From Bdellovibrionota bacterium (GTDB taxonomy: Bacteria; Bdellovibrionota_C; UBA2361; OMIW01), in NCBI GenBank assembly GCA_044345055.1, contig JBIJBT010000042.1:1-23310 (forward strand): a stretch of DNA of 23,310 bases, read 5' to 3'. Of this stretch, positions 9,141 through 16,283 are shown piece by piece (within the stretch, counting starts at the first letter, position 1; every line of letters starts with the position of its first letter). The translations under genes and the position numbers were made by a program. The notes under the pieces are model-generated. The model did not search any database, was not told the DNA's origin, and saw only the letters and a program-made list of their open reading frames with translations.

Positions 9141-9242
9141 TGACGTCATGGGCATGGTCATATGTTCAGCGGCACCTATAGGGTATAGGCGCCGAACACT
9201 GGCCGGAGCTTTTCACATTGTTATGTTGAAAGTCGTCCGGCC
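9141..9242 (+). other. Three consecutive stem-loops 3' of flp (terminator/stabiliser or structured RNA)
   Basis: TGAC..CATG/CATGGTCA (9141-9160); TGTT..CGGCACCTATA/TATAGGCGCCG-AACA (9163-9198); GGCCGGA..CTTT../..GAAAG..TCCGGCC (9201-9242). Confidence 0.55.
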
Positions 9243-9455
9243 GCCAAGTTTTATGAGTCCTTGAGAGGCTGTTGCAATTTTTATTAGGTCTCCTGGATTC
9301 TAAATAATAGCTTTTACGGCTGTTTAATTAGTATCGATTCCGGCAGCTCTTTTCTGAGCTTCAGTTGAGTTTAGAGAAGAAATACCCTGAAAAGGACGGA
9401 TTTTTATAGCGCAACTCAATCTCTCCAAGTTAATGTCTGTCGCAAGGGACGTGAT

Positions 9456-10094
9456 TTGCTCAATATTAAAGGCTCTTTGTCGCCTTCTCCGTCACGCTCC
9501 AGGTTCATTCTCTTTTTAGAGATCGGCGCGACATATCTGTTACTTGCCCTAACCCTCTTCCTTCCCCCCACCCAAGGCCAATCCAAAGAAGTCTTCGGCT
9601 ACGTCGAGCGTCTCCATATTCGTGAAGCTTCCCTAATCATGCTTGCCAAACTTGACACTGGCGCTGATACCTCATCAATCCACGCTCGGCAGCTTCAGGA
9701 GTTTGAAAAAGACGGCGCTCCCTGGGTTCGATTCGAAATCCGCAATTTTCAGGGCGAGGTCCGGGAAATTACTGCACCAGTTGTCCGAGTTGCAAAAATA
9801 AAGAGACCATCAGGACCTGCCCAACGGCGAATTGTGATAAAACTTGGCCTCTGTCTGGGTGATATGTTCCAGGAGGAGTTTGTAAGTATTAATGACCGAA
9901 CGAAGTTTGATTACCAATTTTTGCTTGGCCGGTCATTTTTGGCGGGAAATGCGATTGTCGACCCATCTGCGATGTACGTATCATCACCGAACTGCGCAAC
10001 TTCCCGAAAAGTTCCGCATCCTAACAGTGGTGCTGAAACAACTCCGATTCCGGCACTCCAGGAGATAAAGCCGCAGGAATCGCTCCAAAGATAG
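9456..10094 (+). CDS. Exported retropepsin-like protease (putative 'ATP-dependent zinc protease' family, RimK-associated)
   Basis: Hydrophobic signal-like segment; FGYVE, AKLDTGADTSSIHA (aspartyl DTG), WVRF, LLGRSFL; context upstream of the 7TM-transglutaminase and ATP-grasp genes. Start codon uncertain. Confidence 0.85.
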   Translation: MLNIKGSLSPSPSRSRFILFLEIGATYLLLALTLFLPPTQGQSKEVFGYVERLHIREASLIMLAKLDTGADTSSIHARQLQEFEKDGAPWVRFEIRNFQGEVREITAPVVRVAKIKRPSGPAQRRIVIKLGLCLGDMFQEEFVSINDRTKFDYQFLLGRSFLAGNAIVDPSAMYVSSPNCATSRKVPHPNSGAETTPIPALQEIKPQESLQR

Positions 10095-10114
10095 AGTCAC
10101 AATCGCAAACTCCG

Positions 10115-11647
10115 ATGGCAAATAAAAAGGTAGTGCCGATAGTTGCTGTCGTAGGGTTGTTGGTCGCTACAGCTCTTTCCCTTATTTTTTACAAAATAGC
10201 TATCCTTGAATTCCCCACAACGCCCGACACTGAATCCCGTTACTTTTTAGTCGAAGCGCACGCCTCGTTTGAGGGGACCGGAAAGCCGATAAAAGCCTCG
10301 CTCTTTCTGCCTCGCACCTCATCTCGATTTCTGATCGTCGATGAGAGCTTCGTATCTCGCGGATATGGTTTGACCACAGCAGAGCGTGGTCAAAATCGGA
10401 GCGCTGAGTGGACAACCCGCCGTGCGATCGGCACACAGGGGCTTTACTATCGAGCCTTAGTGCTTATTAGACCTGAAGGAAACTTGGTCAAGCCGCGAGA
10501 TTTAGAGGATTCCGCTCCCGTGCTTCCGGTTGAGGGGCCAGAGCGTGAAGTTGCGCTTGCGCTCTTGGCAGAGGCTCGGCAACGCTCGGTTGATACGCGG
10601 ACTCTCGTCCAAGCAGTGATAGCTCTTATCAATGAGCGAGCGGCATCGGGAAATGCGCGTCCCTTGGTTCGCCGGCGAGCGACTCGCTCTGATCGGTTGC
10701 GCGCAGTAATCTCTGTACTTGAACTCGCAGATGTACAAGCTCGTCTCGTTCAGGGGATCCGTATCGTCGGTGAGCAGGGCAGAGTTGAGCCCTCAAGTCG
10801 TATTCAGCTTCTCGATGAAGATGGGTGGCACCTCGTCAAATCGAACGGTGAATATGACGATAAGACAACCGTATTTCTCCCCTGGTGGTACGGTCCCGAT
10901 CAGCTCTTTTCAGCTGAAGGGGTTAGGTCTCTAAGGGTTTCACTCTCCTACCGACAGACAGAAGAACAGGCGGTTGATACGCTACTTCGACTCACCAAAG
11001 CCGAGAAATCCCCACTCGTGCGATTCTCTCTCCTTCGACTCCCCCTTGAACTTCAATCAATCTTTCGGGTTCTCCTTCTTGTCCCTTTTGGAGCTTTACT
11101 TATTGTTTTGCTTCGAAATGTTGTCGGCATAAAGTTGCCTGGCACCTTTATGCCGGTGCTTCTCGCCTTAGCATTTCGGGGAACCTCGTTGATGATGGGT
11201 ATTTTGATATTTGCCACTCTGACTGCAATAGGATTAGTCGCGCGCTCCGGACTTGAACGGCTACGGCTTCTCCTCCTCCCCCGTGTCGGAGGTGTCCTTA
11301 CTGTGGTTGTTCTTCTGATGGTGGCGCTTTCCGTAATATCGAATGAGCTCGGTTTTGAGGTCGCGCTCTCGGTTGCACTCTTCCCGATGGTCGTTATCAC
11401 GATGATGATCGAGCGCACAGCATTGATGTGGGAAGAGGTCGGCCCAAAAGATGCGCTGCGACAATGGATCAACGGCACCCTCGGAGCTGTTGCAGTGTAT
11501 TACGTCATCACTCCGGTTTCTCTCGGTTACTTTCTTCTTCTCTTCCCAGAGACCCTGCTAATTGTGCTCGCAGCGATGATCTTGTTGGGTCGCTACACAG
11601 GCTATCGGCTCACTGAAATAAGGCGATTCAGGGATGTCGGTCGATGA
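10115..11647 (+). CDS. Inactive transglutaminase-like domain fused to 7 TM helices
   Basis: N-terminal TM; DESFVSRGYG; ARLVQGI; C-terminal multi-TM region with LRNVVGIK..GTFMPVLLALAF, LFPMVVITMMIER, FPE..L, LGRYTGYRLTEIRRF. Confidence 0.88.
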   Translation: MANKKVVPIVAVVGLLVATALSLIFYKIAILEFPTTPDTESRYFLVEAHASFEGTGKPIKASLFLPRTSSRFLIVDESFVSRGYGLTTAERGQNRSAEWTTRRAIGTQGLYYRALVLIRPEGNLVKPRDLEDSAPVLPVEGPEREVALALLAEARQRSVDTRTLVQAVIALINERAASGNARPLVRRRATRSDRLRAVISVLELADVQARLVQGIRIVGEQGRVEPSSRIQLLDEDGWHLVKSNGEYDDKTTVFLPWWYGPDQLFSAEGVRSLRVSLSYRQTEEQAVDTLLRLTKAEKSPLVRFSLLRLPLELQSIFRVLLLVPFGALLIVLLRNVVGIKLPGTFMPVLLALAFRGTSLMMGILIFATLTAIGLVARSGLERLRLLLLPRVGGVLTVVVLLMVALSVISNELGFEVALSVALFPMVVITMMIERTALMWEEVGPKDALRQWINGTLGAVAVYYVITPVSLGYFLLLFPETLLIVLAAMILLGRYTGYRLTEIRRFRDVGR

Positions 11648-12597
11648 TCTCCAAATTTTTCTCCGATATCAACCGCGCTGGTGTTCTCGGAATGAATCAG
11701 CGCAATCTCAATTACATTCAACGATGGAATCCGCGCGAGGCATTCCCTCTTGTCGATGACAAGCTCGTTACAAAACAGCTGTGCCTCGATGCGAATATAG
11801 CGGTGCCTGAGCTCTATGGAGTAATAGCTGCGTATCATGAGGTAAGAGATCTTGAAACGTTGCTCGGCACGCACGAAGATTTTGCTTTAAAACCCGCAGG
11901 CGGAAGTGGGGGAGAGGGTATTATCATAATTGAAAGTCGCCAAAAAGATCGATTCCGCAAACCAAATGGTGCGATCATGCGCCGAGCCGAGCTTGAGGAT
12001 CACATCTCGCAGATCTTAGGTGGAGTCTACAGCCTCGGCGGACAGCCCGATAAGGTGATTTTGGAGTATCGGGTAAAATTTGATCCAATCTTTGATCCGG
12101 TAAGCTATCTTGGAGTTCCCGATATTCGGATCATCGTATTTCTCGGCGTGCCTGTTATGGCGATGGTTCGGCTACCTACCCGTCAATCGGATGGTAAAGC
12201 GAATCTCCATAAAGGGGCTATCGGGGCAGGTATTGATATCGGAACAGGAATAACGCTCGGAGGGGTTTGTCAAAATATCGCAACGATAGAACATCCCGAT
12301 ACCGGAAATCCGGTCGCGGGAGTTGAAATACCACATTGGAAGCGGCTGCTCACAATAGCGTCTGGTTGCTACGATATAACAAAGCTCGGATACCTCGGCG
12401 TCGATATCGTGCTTGACCGCGATCGAGGGCCGCTACTTCTCGAGCTTAATGCTCGCCCAGGACTCAGTATTCAGATAGCAAATAATGCAGGTCTGCTGCC
12501 TCGACTTCAATTAACAGAGGAGCATTTACCTGAGCTATCCACTCTTCAAAAGCGTATAACATTCGCCCAAGAGATGTTTCGGATCGCGGCTCCTTAA
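11644..12597 (+). CDS. Alpha-L-glutamate ligase-like ATP-grasp protein (RimK-related)
   Basis: GVLGMNQRN, VDDKLVTK, KPAGGSGGEGI, GVPDIRII, SDGKANLHKGA, YLGVDIVLD, LELNARPGL; ATGA overlap with the upstream gene. Confidence 0.92.
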   Translation: MISKFFSDINRAGVLGMNQRNLNYIQRWNPREAFPLVDDKLVTKQLCLDANIAVPELYGVIAAYHEVRDLETLLGTHEDFALKPAGGSGGEGIIIIESRQKDRFRKPNGAIMRRAELEDHISQILGGVYSLGGQPDKVILEYRVKFDPIFDPVSYLGVPDIRIIVFLGVPVMAMVRLPTRQSDGKANLHKGAIGAGIDIGTGITLGGVCQNIATIEHPDTGNPVAGVEIPHWKRLLTIASGCYDITKLGYLGVDIVLDRDRGPLLLELNARPGLSIQIANNAGLLPRLQLTEEHLPELSTLQKRITFAQEMFRIAAP

Positions 12598-13682
12598 CCA
12601 AAAAATTCAGTTGATATTACTGTGGGTGGTTGACCAGAGTCACGCTTCACCCTCGACCGAGCAAAAAATCGGCGATCTCCGAACTGGACCTTTGCGATAA
12701 TTTGGAGAGTAGTGGTCCTTTTAGTAAGGAATGCAACGTTGAGATCTGAATAGTTTGGAATGAGTTGCGAAAGTAAGCTTTCGCCTTTTTGATTTTGGTC
12801 GCTAAAAGGTCCATCGGGGCCACGCGCAAACTCTGCGAGAGTAGCTGCTTCCTGCTCATTAATATTTGCGATAGCACGAAGAACTATCGGAGCTGCGACA
12901 TTTATATTTACCGTTAATACTTCGTTTAGTGGGGTTAAATACGGTTCGATACGACGTAAACGGTTCGGAGTAAATCCAGGAATAGCGACAAGCTCCTGAA
13001 TCGTTAAAGACTTTGGTTCTTTCTCGGGAAAATAACCCTCAGGAAGTTCAGACTCAATACCTTTGAAGTTTCGGTCGGAGAGAGATGTTTGATCCTCATC
13101 AAGATAATCGACAAGATTTGCGACCATCTCGTTACTGGTAAAAATACGATTCCCAAATAATCCAGTATGATCTGACTCCTCATCATCATCGCAATCGAGC
13201 AGTTTAAACAGTTCAGCTAACTTATCTGGCCATTGGCTAGGAGCAACCCCTCGCTTCTGCTTCACCTGAAAAAGTGGAAGCCGACTATTTTCTGGAATAA
13301 TCTCAAGCCCTATCTCAAGTCGCGGATCGCTGATCCCAAGGAGACTTGCAGGCACCGTTTGGCCGGGGATAAAGGGTCCCCAGGAATCTTTCGGTGGATC
13401 CACTGTGCCGGAGTCCTGAGCTATTAGCTCCAGTGCAACATTGAGTGCACTTCTTAAAAGAAGTTCAGCACGAAATCGGTCAACAAAAGAGCGGTGAAGC
13501 TGCGACCCTATGTAGGTCGATTGAGTAAGAGCTATCGATAAAATGCTAAGCAGCGTTATCGTAAAGATGACAAGGAGAAGCGCTATTCCTTTTTCACCAC
13601 CTGAGCGATTCGCTATCGTTCGTCGATGCGACCTATTACGGGGTAGCAATTTTGGTGAGGACATCGATGATTTGTTTGTCAT
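12594..13682 (-). CDS. gspK: Type II secretion system minor pseudopilin GspK family protein
   Basis: Basic leader, then EKG|IALLLVIFTITLLSIL (class III signal lacking E+5, typical of GspK); NLVDYLDED; ELVAIPGFT; VNINVAAPIVLRAI. Start uncertain (13694 GTG, 13682 ATG or 13664 ATG). Confidence 0.82.
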   Translation of the reverse strand: MTNKSSMSSPKLLPRNRSHRRTIANRSGGEKGIALLLVIFTITLLSILSIALTQSTYIGSQLHRSFVDRFRAELLLRSALNVALELIAQDSGTVDPPKDSWGPFIPGQTVPASLLGISDPRLEIGLEIIPENSRLPLFQVKQKRGVAPSQWPDKLAELFKLLDCDDDEESDHTGLFGNRIFTSNEMVANLVDYLDEDQTSLSDRNFKGIESELPEGYFPEKEPKSLTIQELVAIPGFTPNRLRRIEPYLTPLNEVLTVNINVAAPIVLRAIANINEQEAATLAEFARGPDGPFSDQNQKGESLLSQLIPNYSDLNVAFLTKRTTTLQIIAKVQFGDRRFFARSRVKRDSGQPPTVISTEFFG

Positions 13683-13710
13683 TCCGGAGCGCACGCAAGG
13701 AGATGCTAAA

Positions 13711-14040
13711 TCAGCAGCTCAAATCAGAGCCGATATCGCGTAGCATTGCTGATCCTGAAAGCGCTGCCACCACCTCTCGCGCATCATCGCGTAACATACT
13801 TGAGATGCCGTTGATCAATCGCACTGAACGATTAACCGCTTCCCACTCATTTTGGCTTATCAACTCATCGAGCGAAACCGCAATTTGGCGCTGTCTCACC
13901 AACATTGCTTCATATTGCTTCAATCTAGCCTCAATTTCCGGACGAGCCCCACCTTTAAGCACAGCTCGTTGAGCTGCAGCTATTGAGCTCTCTAATTCAT
14001 TTAGTGATTCGAGCAACCGATCAAGAACGAGCACTTCCAT
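13711..14040 (-). CDS. Small alpha-helical hypothetical protein (about 109 aa)
   Basis: ATG at 14040 gives MEVLVLDRLLESLNELESSIAAAQ...; amphipathic heptad pattern throughout; co-oriented with gspK. Confidence 0.65.
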   Translation of the reverse strand: MEVLVLDRLLESLNELESSIAAAQRAVLKGGARPEIEARLKQYEAMLVRQRQIAVSLDELISQNEWEAVNRSVRLINGISSMLRDDAREVVAALSGSAMLRDIGSDLSC

Positions 14041-14301
14041 TTTACTTCCCCCAAAAATTGTTCCCTCCGCCCCTGGCCGGATTCTTCCACGAACTACAGG
14101 GTGCGGCAATAGTTCTCTTAGCACCGTGAATCGCAATTCGTAAATCTGAAAATTGGGTGACTCTCCTGAAGACCAGTTTGAACTCTGTAGTTAATCAGAG
14201 TATGCTCTGCTTCGCTTCGCGCAAGGAGCATACACCGCAGATTAAAAGGCGGTGCGAGAAAGTACCTTTAGGTTAACAGTACCGTCAGTTCGAGGAATAT
14301 C

Positions 14302-14727
14302 ATGACATCAGAGACAACAACGCAGCGAACATTCTCAATCGTAAAGCCTGACGCAATGGCGAAGAAGGTGTTAGGTCAGATCTTAGCGACCTTTGAAGAA
14401 GCTGGTCTCTCGATCATCGCAGGTCGAATTCACACCTTGAAGAAAGAGGAAGCTGAGCAGTTTTATGCCGAGCATAAAGAGCGCTCGTTTTTTGGCGAGC
14501 TTGTTGATTACATGTGCAGCGGCCCAGTATTTATATCGGTCCTCGAGGGGGAAGATGCTGTAGCGAAAAATCGCACCTTGATGGGCGCAACTGATCCCGC
14601 GAAGGCGGATGCAGGAACGATTCGTGCCCGATTCGGTGACTCGATTGGAGCAAACGCCGTGCATGGGTCCGATAGCCCTACAAGCGCAGCCCGTGAAATA
14701 GCTCTGTTTTTCCCAGGTTTGGCTTAG
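14302..14727 (+). CDS. ndk: Nucleoside diphosphate kinase
   Basis: [37 protein letters not shown] catalytic His; SD GAGGA upstream. Confidence 0.98.
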   Translation: MTSETTTQRTFSIVKPDAMAKKVLGQILATFEEAGLSIIAGRIHTLKKEEAEQFYAEHKERSFFGELVDYMCSGPVFISVLEGEDAVAKNRTLMGATDPAKADAGTIRARFGDSIGANAVHGSDSPTSAAREIALFFPGLA

Positions 14728-14741
14728 TAATAATTCTTGCG

Positions 14742-14788
14742 AGGGCGCGACAAGATAAATGTAACGCCGTTTGTTAATGTCGCGCCCT
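14742..14788 (+). terminator. Long stem-loop between ndk and rlmN
   Basis: 11-bp perfect arms AGGGCGCGACA / TGTCGCGCCCT; no strong U-tract; followed by an extended -10-like TGGTATGAT at 14791-14799. Confidence 0.45.
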
Positions 14789-14873
14789 TGTGGTATGATT
14801 CGGAGTCGTTCGGCCGTGAAGGGTCATACCCTCGGTTCGCGGTCCCTCCCTTTAGTTCTGCTGTGTGGTTGTC

Positions 14874-16019
14874 ATGTCCCTCGATGGTGCCCCCTTATCT
14901 GAAGTAATTTCAGACTCCTCTACTGTGGTCGAGGCACGCGCGGACACTCTGGACCTATTCGCATTCTGCCGACAAACACTAGGTGAAGAGATTCAAAAAC
15001 GATATGGTGAGCCTGTTTTTAGGGCGACTCAGCTCTTCCAGTGGGTATATAAGCGAGGCGTAAGCGACCTATCGGAGATGACCGATTTATCGAAGCGTTT
15101 TCGAGATGCGTTAGGTCAGGATCTGGTACTCCCGCGTGGAAGAATTCACTCTCGGCAGGTAAGCTCTGACGGGACACGAAAATATCTTATCGAGGTCGAG
15201 GGAGGAGACCTGGTTGAGACGGTGCTTATTAAGCAACCTCGTCGGAATACCCTCTGCGTGTCGTCGCAGGTTGGTTGTGCGATGGGATGCCGATTTTGCC
15301 GAACGGCAACGATGGGTTTGAGGCGGCACCTCAGCGCATCAGAGATAGTGCGGCAGGTGATGGCGGTTGTTGAGGACTCGCGCTCCTTTGGTGATACATT
15401 CACCAATGTCGTTTTTATGGGAATGGGTGAGCCGCTCCACAATTTGCCGAACGTGCGAACAGCAGTTCGGGTGCTCACCGATATGCATGGACTTGGAATT
15501 GCTCCGAGAAAGATAACTGTTTCTACCGTTGGTTTGGTTCCTGCAATTCGGGAATTTGGGACAACTGTTCCGGCGAATATTGCAGTTTCGCTCAATGCAA
15601 CAACTGACGAGATCCGCTCGCAGATAATGCCGGTAAATAAAAAATATCCACTCTCTGAATTAATAGGTGTGTTGAGAGAGTATCCGGCAAACAAGCGACG
15701 CCGAATAACTATTGAGTATGTAATGTTGCATGGGGTAAATGATACCCGAGAGGATTTGGCACGCTTGCCTGCACTTCTAAGGGGTGTGCCTGCGAAGGTA
15801 AATCTTATCCCGTACAATTCCAATGCTGGCTTAGGATTTGAAACGCCTCCTGAGGAGTGGGTTGCGCTATGGCAGCGTCGACTCCACGATCAGGGGGTGG
15901 AGGTTACGGTTCGTTGGTCTAAAGGGCGAGATATAGATGCTGCGTGTGGCCAGTTGTTGACAGCCACGGGGCGTGCGGTCAAGGCCCCGAAAGAGTTACT
16001 AGTTCAGTCTCCGCAGTAG
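14874..16019 (+). CDS. rlmN: Dual-specificity RNA methyltransferase RlmN (radical SAM)
   Basis: SSDGTRKY, TLCVSSQVGCAMGCRFC (CxxxCxxC), VFMGMGEPLHN, IEYVML, VNLIPYN, DIDAACGQL; ndk-rlmN synteny. Alternative GTG start at 14865. Confidence 0.97.
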   Translation: MSLDGAPLSEVISDSSTVVEARADTLDLFAFCRQTLGEEIQKRYGEPVFRATQLFQWVYKRGVSDLSEMTDLSKRFRDALGQDLVLPRGRIHSRQVSSDGTRKYLIEVEGGDLVETVLIKQPRRNTLCVSSQVGCAMGCRFCRTATMGLRRHLSASEIVRQVMAVVEDSRSFGDTFTNVVFMGMGEPLHNLPNVRTAVRVLTDMHGLGIAPRKITVSTVGLVPAIREFGTTVPANIAVSLNATTDEIRSQIMPVNKKYPLSELIGVLREYPANKRRRITIEYVMLHGVNDTREDLARLPALLRGVPAKVNLIPYNSNAGLGFETPPEEWVALWQRRLHDQGVEVTVRWSKGRDIDAACGQLLTATGRAVKAPKELLVQSPQ

Positions 16020-16039
16020 GGATCAAGAGCTGTCAGGTT

Positions 16040-16083
16040 GGGGGTTGTTTGTCAACAAACCTCTGTTTTCTCTTTTTTTCTTT
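16040..16083 (+). terminator. Probable intrinsic terminator after rlmN
   Basis: GGGGTTGTT-tgtc-AACAAACCTC imperfect hairpin followed by GTTTTCTCTTTTTTTCTTT. Confidence 0.5.
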
Positions 16084-16283
16084 AGGTGATTCCGCCGTGA
16101 TCCGATCGTTCGGATTAGGCAACGAGTAAAGGCTCGTCCGAGTTACTCGACGGTTTTCTTGGTGAATTCGGGATTAGGTTTGTTAGTAATTTGATATTTC
16201 ACAAATTCAAATATCGTCACATCCGTTTTGGTGGTCGAGCTCAAAAAACGGTTGAAAAATTATTGCATCGATAAAGAGATTGT

